From Prochlorococcus sp. AG-418-M08 (GTDB lineage Bacteria > Cyanobacteriota > Cyanobacteriia > PCC-6307 > Cyanobiaceae), in NCBI GenBank assembly GCA_003213955.1, contig QCMG01000003.1, positions 9,769 through 73,768 on the forward strand: a stretch of 64,000 nucleotides of DNA. The letters are read 5' to 3'. The notes below the pieces were generated by a model, which was given only the letters and a program-made list of their open reading frames with translations, was not told the origin of the DNA and did not search any database. Positions 31,083 through 40,633 of this stretch are shown here, one piece after another; the first letter of the stretch is position 1, and each line of letters begins with the position of its first letter. The translations under genes and the position numbers were made by a program.

Positions 31083-31852
31083 TTTCTTACTTCCCATTTC
31101 CTTGATATTTCTTTTCTTATATTCTCTATATCTTTATAGTTATATATATAGTATTGAGATAAAGCTATTCCTTGAAATCCATAATTTAGAATATTTTCAT
31201 AATTGTAATTAATATGCATTGAACCAGAAATAATAGTATCAATATTTATTTTGCTCATTATTTTTAATTTAGATAAGGTAATGTCATTTACTTTTTTATT
31301 AACTCCATCAAAATCTATTAATCGTATCAAAACTTCAATCAAACCTTTGTCACAAAGACTTGATATGTAATCATATGCACTAAGATTGTGAGCTGGTTTA
31401 ATTAATTCTCTGCCGGCACTAATATAAAAATTAATATCACCATTATTTTCTACTCTTATTGATGGAGAAAAAACTATTGCTTGTGAACCAAATTCCTTAA
31501 ATAGTGTTTCTATTGGTATTTTATTTTGAAGAATTGCAGAATTTAAGGCTACTCTACAGGCTCCTTTTTCTAAAAGATTTTCAATTTCCTCTATAGAATT
31601 AATTCCACCTTGAACAGTAATTGGAATATGTATATTACGACAAATAAACTTTAAGAGATCTAAGTCAATATGAGTATCATATAAACTCCCTGTAATGTTG
31701 TTTATGTAAATTTCATCAGCTATAAAATCATCATTTCTTTTAGAGAGAAATTCGTCTAAATCTTCAATTACCCGAAGCCCTTCAAATCTCTTCCCTTTAA
31801 TTACTTTGTTTCCCTTAATATCAATTTTAGCAATAATTCTTTTAGTAGTCAT
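31079..31852 (-). CDS. HisF-like TIM barrel (WbuZ-type)
   Basis: KRII..IDI.G.KVIKG..FEGLR, PITVQGGI and VALNS; divergent C-terminal half. Confidence 0.85.
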   Translation of the reverse strand: MTTKRIIAKIDIKGNKVIKGKRFEGLRVIEDLDEFLSKRNDDFIADEIYINNITGSLYDTHIDLDLLKFICRNIHIPITVQGGINSIEEIENLLEKGACRVALNSAILQNKIPIETLFKEFGSQAIVFSPSIRVENNGDINFYISAGRELIKPAHNLSAYDYISSLCDKGLIEVLIRLIDFDGVNKKVNDITLSKLKIMSKINIDTIISGSMHINYNYENILNYGFQGIALSQYYIYNYKDIENIRKEISRKWEVRK

Positions 31853-32163
31853 ATATATTTTTTTATTTTTCCAACTTAGATAAGTATAAATTTATCTTAA
31901 AACCTTTATTTTTTGTTTTATATCTATTTTTTATAAAAAAAGTATAATTAAAATTCATAAGTTATACCAACCTTAAATATTAGATTACTAGATATGTAGT
32001 TTATTCCTAGTTATTGTTTTAATCTCATAATTTTTTATTTTTTTAAGAAAAAAAAATTAATAAATTTTGAAAAAAATCATTATTTCTAAGTAAAAGAAGT
32101 TGAAAATAATTACCTGACCATAATTATTACAAAACAGGAATTTAAGTTATATTAAAAAAAACA

Positions 32164-33669
32164 TTGGTTTATATGTTAATAAATGCTCTAAAATCAATAA
32201 AAATAAAAGCTACAAATAAAGCTAAAAAATTATCCAGACCCTTCACGACTATAAGAGTTCTTGGTGATATTATTGATCATGCCTCTGAGAATAAAAAAGA
32301 ACTCAAAAATATTATAAATAGTGGTCAATGGTTGGCTAGCTATATTCCTTATATGAAGAATAAAACTGGGGTTATTGTAGGTAATTTTCTATCTGTAAAT
32401 TATGGTATTAGAAATGATACAAGTATTTTAGTTGGGTTAGTTGATAGCAACTTTAATGTAAAAGGAGGAAAATTATTTAAATTAAAACTAAGAGAAATTC
32501 TTGTTCTAAACAGAAATGATCTTCAAGAATTATCTTCAGATAATGAAGTGGAATATTGTATTGTATGCGCTATAAATTCCAAAATTCCAAAAAACCGAGG
32601 GGAGAATGAGTTGAGATTTTGGGGGACATGGAGTGAATTTTCTTCCTTTGTTCATTCAATGCCATTACCTAATTCAATAAATATATTGAGAAAAAGTTTG
32701 AAAAGACTCAAGAATATACCTCTTGAAAGAATGCATTACCCTAATTCATCCAATGAAGTATTACATTTTGGCCCATTAAATAAGAAATTCAACATTAAAC
32801 AAAGAGGAGACTTATCAGGCAAAATATACGCACAATATGGTTATACAGTTCTGCTTAATCAAGAAAAACAAATCACATCATGCTTTCATAACTCTAATTT
32901 CGAAAGAAAAACTAGGCTGACAAATATTAACAACAACTGGATAAGACATGTAGTACCAATACCTCCTTTAGAAAATATTGATCTAAAATTATTTTTTGGT
33001 GAAGCTTGCTCAAAAGGATCAACTTTTTTAGCTTCTCTTTTTGAAAAACAAAATATCCATTCATCCCCTTGTTGTTTAGAAGAGAAAAAAATAACTGTTG
33101 ATCCAAGTGATTCTTTTAATGCAAGCAAAATATTTGATAAAAAGGTTTCATCGAGAAATGATAGATGGTTGATATTCACTCCAATAGAAGGTTTGCACGA
33201 TATTGGATATATTTCAATATTTTATGAAAATGAAAAAAATAAAAGATGTTTTGATTCGGTTCATTCTCAGGCTTTCAAAAATAATCCAAAGGAAAAAAAA
33301 AGGTTAATTAACAAACCTAAAAGAACTTTAAAATTTGCTCCATTTATCATTACCGAAAAAGATATTAATCATTCATTTCTTGTTGTATTAGGGGAATGGC
33401 AACGTGATATAAAGATTAGAGTAAGGATATATGCAGCTGATGATCCAAATTACGAGACTTTGATTTTTGAAAAAATTACACGTCAAGAAGTTAAATACAT
33501 TAATTTACAAGAAAAGTTAGATCTTAAATATAAAAAGAGCTTACTAACTAAGACATTTTTATGCCAAATAGAAAGTGAGGAAGGAAATCTAGATGGATAT
33601 TTAATAAATGCACATGAAAATAAATATGGAGTTCATAAATTGGCAATAGATCATTTAACTGGTGGTTAA
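32164..33669 (+). CDS. Hypothetical protein (about 500 aa), no family recognised
   Basis: Long ORF with normal composition. TTG start in the track; ATG at 32173 is also plausible. Confidence 0.6.
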   Translation: MVYMLINALKSIKIKATNKAKKLSRPFTTIRVLGDIIDHASENKKELKNIINSGQWLASYIPYMKNKTGVIVGNFLSVNYGIRNDTSILVGLVDSNFNVKGGKLFKLKLREILVLNRNDLQELSSDNEVEYCIVCAINSKIPKNRGENELRFWGTWSEFSSFVHSMPLPNSINILRKSLKRLKNIPLERMHYPNSSNEVLHFGPLNKKFNIKQRGDLSGKIYAQYGYTVLLNQEKQITSCFHNSNFERKTRLTNINNNWIRHVVPIPPLENIDLKLFFGEACSKGSTFLASLFEKQNIHSSPCCLEEKKITVDPSDSFNASKIFDKKVSSRNDRWLIFTPIEGLHDIGYISIFYENEKNKRCFDSVHSQAFKNNPKEKKRLINKPKRTLKFAPFIITEKDINHSFLVVLGEWQRDIKIRVRIYAADDPNYETLIFEKITRQEVKYINLQEKLDLKYKKSLLTKTFLCQIESEEGNLDGYLINAHENKYGVHKLAIDHLTGG

Positions 33670-33837
33670 TACATCTTTTGCAAAGTCCCATTATAGTTGA
33701 GGATTACATTGTTAATTATTGAAATTTTGAATCAAAAAACGCAAAGAATATCACATAACTAATTTTTTTTTTAATCAGGTAATGATTTAATTTTTTTATA
33801 TAATTAGGGAAAATATTAGATTAATTCTTCATATTGG

Positions 33838-34791
33838 TTAGTTTTTTATCAAATTATTAATAATTCTGCTTAAATAAGACTTAATCCTTGGTCTAACTTT
33901 TTTATTAGTTTTCCAAGAATTTTTATTATAAAATTTATTACAATTAAATATTAATTTTTCATGGTAACTTTTAATCCATGCACTGTTAGGGGAAAATACT
34001 GTACCTCGCCATTTAGTTTTTTTAGCAATATCAAAAGGCAAAGCTCTGAAATATTTATTAAAAGTATGATATAAAATTATATATTGTTCTAAAGAACCAA
34101 AGCCATAACTTTTATAATATTTCTCTTCAAAAGGTAGAGATTCCTTTTCTTCAGCATAAGCGAGTTTCAGTATAGGATTTGTATGAGGACTATCATGATA
34201 AGAAAGAGTTCCTTGTTCATCTCTTTTAGTAATAGATTCTAAAAATTTTCTAATTATTTTCATATTTCCTGCAAAATATAAGTCTTCAAAATAAGTGCCC
34301 TTTGAATTAAATTTTGGTACTAAGATAGTATCTTTTTCATAATTTTCCTTTAAGAAATCATAAATCTCTTGAAGATTTATTATTAGATCAGTTCTAATTT
34401 TAATTACATAATTAATGTCCTTTCTTATTTTTTTAAGTCCAAATAAACAACCATAAAATTGATAAAACATATTATTTTTTGATACGTAAGAGTCATTTAT
34501 CCACCATTTATCTGGTAATTTGGGAACCTTATTTTTATTAAATTTATAAATCTCAATTGAATTATCCTCATATTCAAGAATCTCATCATCCCAAGTACTT
34601 AAAATAATTTGATTAAAAAGATGTCCATATTTTTTTAATAATTTTTTTATTGATTTTCTACAATCATATGAAACTACGTCACCAATTTCTAAATTTTTGA
34701 GGTCAGCACATGCATTTTTACCTGATCTACCTACACTTTTTAATGGACCTTGAATTAATAATGCTACTTTAAAATTATTAGTATTTTTCAT
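33838..34791 (-). CDS. WavE-like lipopolysaccharide synthesis protein
   Basis: LLIQGP, IILSTW, N...Q....L.GL, YVIKIRTD and D.YFAG. Confidence 0.7.
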   Translation of the reverse strand: MKNTNNFKVALLIQGPLKSVGRSGKNACADLKNLEIGDVVSYDCRKSIKKLLKKYGHLFNQIILSTWDDEILEYEDNSIEIYKFNKNKVPKLPDKWWINDSYVSKNNMFYQFYGCLFGLKKIRKDINYVIKIRTDLIINLQEIYDFLKENYEKDTILVPKFNSKGTYFEDLYFAGNMKIIRKFLESITKRDEQGTLSYHDSPHTNPILKLAYAEEKESLPFEEKYYKSYGFGSLEQYIILYHTFNKYFRALPFDIAKKTKWRGTVFSPNSAWIKSYHEKLIFNCNKFYNKNSWKTNKKVRPRIKSYLSRIINNLIKN

Positions 34792-35287
34792 TCTGAGAAT
34801 TTTTCGAGATCTTCATAAAATAACATATTAAATAGTGGCCACTTAATACTCAAATTTTATTCTGCCAATGCCTATTAAATTATTACGAGTAATTATTATT
34901 AAATCGTCTAACTATAAAGTAGAAGTTTCGACCAGTATCAAGAGCCAAAGGTTTTAATTTTATGGTTTAATTTCATATAGAAAATAAAAACAGATCAAGT
35001 ATTAAGAATTTATATTTTTGAATGGGACTTTTTATTAACTAACTAATTAGGTTAATGAGATTGTTTTCTATAAAAAAAAATTTAAAATTATTGTAGCTAT
35101 AGAAAAATTATTTAAAGATTAAAAGTAATTATTAGTTTATCTAACTGCTAAGAGTGCTCTAAAATTTGAGTAATTTCTTAAATTTATATATTTTTCTGCT
35201 TTATTGCTTCAATTTTTAAAAAGAAAAAATTAATAATATTTATAAATGTAATAGAATTAATAATTAATAATTTAGTTTTTCAATAAT

Positions 35288-35809
35288 ATGAAATTTTTTA
35301 TCCTTGATGTAGATGGGGTTATGACTAATGGGAATTTTTATTATAGCGTTGAAGGAAAAGTTTTAAAAAGTTTTGGACCTGATGATAGTGATGCATTATC
35401 AATACTAAAGAAATACATGAGCATAGAATTTATTACAGGAGATAAAAAGGGCTTTAATATTAGTAAAAAAAGAATTACTGATGACATGGGTTACAAACTA
35501 AGCTTAGTTAGTACTATGAGAAGAAAAGAATGGATACAAGAAAAATACAATTTAAATGATGTAATATACATGGGTGATGGCATATTTGATGTACTTGTTA
35601 TGAATGCGGTTGGATATTCAATTGCACCTGCTAATGCCGACAAAAATGCTATAGATAAAGCTGATTTCGTTACAGAAAGAATAGGAGGTAACAGAGCTGT
35701 TTCAGAAGCTTGTTTGCATATTCTTAAAAAGTTTTATGGTTTACAATCATTGGAAGATGAAATTAATTCTAGGAATAAATTAGATACTGGGGAATGGAAT
35801 ATATGCTGA
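35288..35809 (+). CDS. KdsC/YrbI-like HAD phosphatase
   Basis: LDVDGVMT.G..YYS.EG...K.F...D, ITGD, YMGD..FD, PANA and GG..AV.E. Confidence 0.85.
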   Translation: MKFFILDVDGVMTNGNFYYSVEGKVLKSFGPDDSDALSILKKYMSIEFITGDKKGFNISKKRITDDMGYKLSLVSTMRRKEWIQEKYNLNDVIYMGDGIFDVLVMNAVGYSIAPANADKNAIDKADFVTERIGGNRAVSEACLHILKKFYGLQSLEDEINSRNKLDTGEWNIC

Positions 35810-36966
35810 GGAGTTTCCTAGAGAGGACAATAAAAAGTAATAAGATCACCCTATTGGGAGTTGGCCCAATGAGTTTAAATTGTGTAAATGCTACCATAGC
35901 AATATCAAATCAGTATTCTCTTCCTATTTTTTTGATAGCGAGTAGAAGGCAAATTGACTCAAAAGATTTTAATGGTGGTTACGTAAATAATTGGGATACA
36001 AAACAATATTCAGATTATGTATTAAATAGAGATAAGGGAGGGAAAGTAATTTTAGCTAGAGATCATGGAGGGCCGTGGCAAAATCCTTTTGAAGTCGAGA
36101 AGAAATTAAGTTTATCAATGGCATTAGATTCTGCTAAAAAGTCTTTTAAAGAAGATATAGATTGCGGTTTTAAAATATTACATATAGATACTTGCATAGA
36201 TATACATTGTGATGTTAAAGCCAAGGAGTCTTTGGAAAGATTATTTGACTTATATGAATTTTGTTGGAATTATGCTCAATCTAAAAACAAAGAAGTAATT
36301 TTTGAAATTGGTACTGAAGAACAAAGTGGCAGTACAAATAAAATATTAGAGTTGGAATATAACTTAAATGAGATTACAAACTTTTGCGATAACAACTTTC
36401 TCCCAAGACCAGCTTTTGTAGTTGTACAAACTGGTACAAAAGTTATGGAAACAAGGAATGTAGGCTCATTTGATAAACCTTTAAGAGTTGAGAATGAAAT
36501 TCCTGCCCTCATTCAAGTACCTAAAATAGTAGAAATCTGCAGAAAATATAATATTTTTATAAAAGAGCATAATGCTGATTATTTGTCTGATGATGCCTTA
36601 AAGTGGCATCCTAGATTAGGCATTCATGCTTCAAATGTTGCCCCAGAATTTGGAGTAACTGAAACGCTATCTTTTATTAAAATTTTAGAAGACAATAATC
36701 AAAAAAAATTAGCTGATGAGTTTCTAAGCATATCTTTTCAATCTGATTACTGGAGAAAATGGATGTTAAAAGATTCAAAAGCTGATGATAGGCAGAGAGC
36801 TATTATAGGAGGTCATTATATATTTGGAACGAATAAGTTTAAAGAAATCAAAAAGAGGGCAACATTTGATTTACTAAAAAAAGATATAGATTTAGATTCT
36901 TATTTAGAGGATAATATAAAAAAAAGTATCATTAGGTATTTAAAAAATTTTAGATTAATTAAATAG
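35803..36966 (+). CDS. GatZ/KbaZ-like (tagatose-6-phosphate 4-epimerase-type) TIM barrel
   Basis: ASRRQID, RDHGGPWQ, LHIDT, EIGTEE, VVQTGT, KEHNADY and NVAPEFG parallel the GatZ motifs GDHLGP, HLD, GTE, VVQPG, EAHSTDY and KVGP. Start is 35794 or 35803. Confidence 0.75.
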   Translation: MLRSFLERTIKSNKITLLGVGPMSLNCVNATIAISNQYSLPIFLIASRRQIDSKDFNGGYVNNWDTKQYSDYVLNRDKGGKVILARDHGGPWQNPFEVEKKLSLSMALDSAKKSFKEDIDCGFKILHIDTCIDIHCDVKAKESLERLFDLYEFCWNYAQSKNKEVIFEIGTEEQSGSTNKILELEYNLNEITNFCDNNFLPRPAFVVVQTGTKVMETRNVGSFDKPLRVENEIPALIQVPKIVEICRKYNIFIKEHNADYLSDDALKWHPRLGIHASNVAPEFGVTETLSFIKILEDNNQKKLADEFLSISFQSDYWRKWMLKDSKADDRQRAIIGGHYIFGTNKFKEIKKRATFDLLKKDIDLDSYLEDNIKKSIIRYLKNFRLIK

Positions 36967-36968
36967 AG

Positions 36969-37793
36969 ATGAAAAGAGTAGCAACAATTATCTTGAATAG
37001 AAACTTACCTGAACCAACGGAAAAGTTATATGAACATATCTATAATAATGAGAATAATCTCACAGATATATTTGTGATAGAAGCAGGTTCAGATAAAGAA
37101 TTGGTTTCTAAGTATTGTACTTGGCATGTAAAAAAAGACGATGTTTTAGTCAAAGGCCTGAGGTATTGCAGAGGTATGAATTATGCCTTATTTGAATTAA
37201 GTAAAAGTAAAAAGTTTGAATCATATGATGCATTTTTTTTACTTACAAATGACACAATTTTATGTCAAAAAAATACCCTCGAGAGACTTCTTGAAATCCT
37301 TGATAATCATAAGCAACTTGGAATAATATCTCCTTGTTCTGAAAAATGGGGAGAAAAATATCTTCTCTTAGAAGAAAAAACAAAGTATTTTTGGTTTATT
37401 CATAATAATGCATTTATGCTAAGAAAAGAGTTTGTAGAGGGAATAGCAATTAAAAAAAACCCAAGCTATTTAAATTTCGTATTTGATGGGAATAATTTCA
37501 GAGGCTTCCTCTCGGAAAGTGAATTGATTGCTAAGGCATACGCAAATAATTGGGCAGCAGGAGTGACAACTAAAGTTTATGCCGAGGAAAATGAATCTTA
37601 TTTATTGAATCATTCTGACCTAATAAAAACAGAGACTTATGAGGAGAATCTTAAACTTTATATAGAGGAGGGATTGCTTTGGATAAAAGAAAAATATGGA
37701 TTTGACAGTCATTGGACAATGCATCAATATGTAAAGTCTTTCTATGATAAATTTTTTGATTACAACCCAGAGTATTTAAAATACAAAATTTAA
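36969..37793 (+). CDS. GT2-like (GT-A fold) glycosyltransferase
   Basis: ATIILNRN, FVIEAGSD, GMNYAL, LLTNDT and GIISP. Confidence 0.65.
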   Translation: MKRVATIILNRNLPEPTEKLYEHIYNNENNLTDIFVIEAGSDKELVSKYCTWHVKKDDVLVKGLRYCRGMNYALFELSKSKKFESYDAFFLLTNDTILCQKNTLERLLEILDNHKQLGIISPCSEKWGEKYLLLEEKTKYFWFIHNNAFMLRKEFVEGIAIKKNPSYLNFVFDGNNFRGFLSESELIAKAYANNWAAGVTTKVYAEENESYLLNHSDLIKTETYEENLKLYIEEGLLWIKEKYGFDSHWTMHQYVKSFYDKFFDYNPEYLKYKI

Positions 37794-37798
37794 ATTAT

Positions 37799-38143
37799 AT
37801 GGATGTTATTGAAAAACCATGGGGCAAAGAAGAAATTTTGCAAATCAATAGTAAATATATGGTTAAAAGATTAACAATGTATAAAGGTCATCGTTGTAGT
37901 CTGCAGTATCACTTAAAAAAAATAGAAACTATTTTTGTTTTAAAAGGAAAACTCAACATACTATCCGGAAAAGATAAAAATTCTCTTGAATCTGTGATAT
38001 ATGAAGATGGCCAATTTATAACTTTGTTTCCTGGAAATATTCATAGAATGGAAGCAATTGAAGATTGTGTTTACCTAGAGGCATCTACTCCTGAAATGGA
38101 TGATGTTGTAAGAATAAAAGACGATTACAATAGAATAAATTAA
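37799..38143 (+). CDS. Cupin (mannose-6-phosphate isomerase type II C-terminal-like)
   Basis: EKPWG.E, SLQYH..K.ET and PG..HR..A. Confidence 0.85.
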   Translation: MDVIEKPWGKEEILQINSKYMVKRLTMYKGHRCSLQYHLKKIETIFVLKGKLNILSGKDKNSLESVIYEDGQFITLFPGNIHRMEAIEDCVYLEASTPEMDDVVRIKDDYNRIN

Positions 38144-39708
38144 TGTCTTATAAAGTCATAATTCCTACTGCAGGACTTGGAAGTAGATTGGGAAAATTGA
38201 CAAAGAATATAAATAAATCACTTATTAGTGTTTCCAATAAACCGATTATATCTTGGCAATTTGAAAAATTTAATGATGATTGTGAAATAATTATTCCGTT
38301 GGGATACAAAGGAAAGATTGTTAAAGAATTTTTAGAGCTAGTATATCCAAAAAGAAAAATAAAATTTGTTGAGATCCATAATTTTGAAGGGCCAAATTCT
38401 GGCTTAGGTCATACTCTATTAAAATGTGAAGAATATCTAAAAGAAAAATTTATATTTTTAGCTTGCGATTGTATGTTTAAAGAAAAGATTCCAGATTGTA
38501 ATACCAATTGGTTAGGTTATTCTTCATCAATTCCAAAAAATAATAACTATAGAATGGTTGAAATCACAAATGGGCAAGCAAGAAAAATTCATGAAAAAGA
38601 TCAAAAACAATTGCCGAATTTTTATCCATATATTGGCATTTGTAATATTATAAATTTCGAATTATTTTGGGATTCCTTGAGAAATAGTCTTGATAGATCA
38701 GTAGAGGAAGGTGAAGCTTTTGGAATAAATGCTATATTACAGAAAAATATAGAATTTACAGTATTACCTTTTACATGGTCTGATACTGGAAGTTTAAAAG
38801 GTTTAGAAGATACAAGAATTAACTATAAACTTAAAAATGAGTTAAATATCTTAGAAAAAGATAATGAGCACATTTGGTTTATCGATAATAAGGTTGTTAA
38901 GTTTTCTACTGATAAACAATTTATTCAAAATAGAGTAAAAAGAGTAAGTTTTCTTAAAGGGTATGTTCCAGATATCATAGATTACTCAGAAAATATGTAT
39001 TTATACAAAAAATTCAAAGGTGAGGTTTTTTCCTCTCTGAATGACATTAATAAATTCAAAAAATTACTTATTTTTAGCAAGAAATTCTGGAAAAAATATG
39101 AATTAGAAAATTTTAAGTATAGTGAATTTGAAAATTTTTGCAAAACTTTCTATAAAGATAAAACTATTCAAAGAACTAAAGATTTTTATAAAAATTTTAA
39201 AAGATTTGATAACTTAGATTACATTAACGGTATAAAAGTAAACCGTTTTAATTCAATTATGGGTTTAATTAACTGGGAAGATATATGTAAAGGTATTCCA
39301 GTTAGATTTCATGGGGATTTTCACTTTGAAAACATACTATTTAGTAAAAATGAATTTATGTTTATTGATTGGAGGCAAGATTTTGGCGGCCATCTAGAAT
39401 ATGGAGATATTTATTATGATTTATCTAAATTATTACATGGAATAATAGTTAATCATTCAATAATAAAACAAAAAAAATTTAAGGTTGATTGGAATAAAAA
39501 TAAACTTAATTATTCAATTAATAAATATGAATTCCAATATGATTGCGAAAAAGTATTTTATGATTGGCTTGATAAGGAAAATTTTAATATTAAAAAAGTA
39601 AACATAATAACAGGACTAATTTTTCTTAATATAGCTTCTCTACATCATTATCCATACTGTCTACTTTTATATGGATTAGGAATAGAAAAGCTTGATCAGA
39701 ATGTATAA
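38143..39708 (+). CDS. Bifunctional nucleotidyltransferase + APH/choline-kinase-like phosphotransferase
   Basis: N-terminal IPTAGLGSRL....K.L, ACD and W.DTG; C-terminal FHGDFHFENI (Brenner motif), FIDWR and GD.YYDL.KL. Confidence 0.85.
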   Translation: MSYKVIIPTAGLGSRLGKLTKNINKSLISVSNKPIISWQFEKFNDDCEIIIPLGYKGKIVKEFLELVYPKRKIKFVEIHNFEGPNSGLGHTLLKCEEYLKEKFIFLACDCMFKEKIPDCNTNWLGYSSSIPKNNNYRMVEITNGQARKIHEKDQKQLPNFYPYIGICNIINFELFWDSLRNSLDRSVEEGEAFGINAILQKNIEFTVLPFTWSDTGSLKGLEDTRINYKLKNELNILEKDNEHIWFIDNKVVKFSTDKQFIQNRVKRVSFLKGYVPDIIDYSENMYLYKKFKGEVFSSLNDINKFKKLLIFSKKFWKKYELENFKYSEFENFCKTFYKDKTIQRTKDFYKNFKRFDNLDYINGIKVNRFNSIMGLINWEDICKGIPVRFHGDFHFENILFSKNEFMFIDWRQDFGGHLEYGDIYYDLSKLLHGIIVNHSIIKQKKFKVDWNKNKLNYSINKYEFQYDCEKVFYDWLDKENFNIKKVNIITGLIFLNIASLHHYPYCLLLYGLGIEKLDQNV

Positions 39709-39716
39709 TTAATATT

Positions 39717-40046
39717 ATGAATATTAAGGAAAAATCATTAGCTTACTTCAAGTCTTTCTCTAATAAAAATCTAGAGGAATTGAAAATTTTTTTTAGTGAG
39801 GATGTTTATTTAAGAGATTGGGAAATTGAAGCTAAAGGTATTAAGAAAGTTTTAGAAGCAAATAAAAATATCTTCGATTCTGTTGAAAGTATTAATGTAG
39901 AACCAATTAATATTTACGAAAATAAAAATTTTATTATTGCTGAATTAGAAATCCTAGTCAATCAAATTGATAAATTACTCGTTGTTGATATTATTAGTTT
40001 TGATTCATCATTCAGGATTAATTCAATAAAAGCATATAAAGGGTAG
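39717..40046 (+). CDS. NTF2/SnoaL-like protein
   Basis: YF..FS.K.LE.L...F.EDV.L.DW, with C-terminal I..I.AY; 109 aa. Confidence 0.8.
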   Translation: MNIKEKSLAYFKSFSNKNLEELKIFFSEDVYLRDWEIEAKGIKKVLEANKNIFDSVESINVEPINIYENKNFIIAELEILVNQIDKLLVVDIISFDSSFRINSIKAYKG

Positions 40047-40194
40047 TAAATTTTTTGCAAATCCAAGCTAAATTTTTCATTTACACAATAAAATAATTTC
40101 ATGGTAGAAAATCCTTATAATTAGCCTTGAAAAGTACTTATAAAAATTATCTAATTATATTCCAGACAAATTTATTTAACTAGTAATATTTTGA

Positions 40195-40267
40195 TGGAGC
40201 CAAGCGGACTTGAACCGCTGACCCCCTGCATGCCATGCAGGTGCTCTACCAACTGAGCTATGGCCCC
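40195..40267 (-). tRNA. tRNA-Ala (anticodon GGC)
   Basis: Reverse complement GGGGCCATAGCTCAGTTGGTAGAGCACCTGCATGGCATGCAGGGGGTCAGCGGTTCAAGTCCGCTTGGCTCCA folds as a 73-nt cloverleaf with a G3-U70 pair and GGC anticodon; CCA is not encoded. Confidence 0.98.
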
Positions 40268-40633
40268 ATATCCTAAGACAACAGTTATAGAGATTTATCC
40301 AAAGATTTCTTTAGTAACTGCCGATATTTTTATAGTACTTTATAGAGTTTGGCAAATGGATTCTGCGCCTAAAAATGCTCTCAGAGATTTACAAGTTGTA
40401 GCATGCTTTATGGTACTTATTAAAGATATTACTCACCTTCTTTTAAATCGATAATTGTGCATTGTAGGGCTTTAAATTTTACTATTCTACTTGTTTTTTT
40501 AAAGATTTTTAACTTTCATTAATTCAATCTAATATCTCTGACTTTTTATTTAGCATGGTGTTGATTAATTACTAAATCTAAAAAGTAAAAAATTTAATAT
40601 TATAAATGTTAGGATTAGTAAATTTGAAAATTG

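Noticed and set aside
30489-31852. Histidine biosynthesis hisH/hisF
   Set aside because: The genes are linked to a WbuX-type amidotransferase, no other his genes are nearby, and the HisF copy is degenerate.
40260-40454. 64-aa ORF beside the tRNA
   Set aside because: It starts within the tRNA's complementary strand, covers its promoter region and has no recognisable motif.
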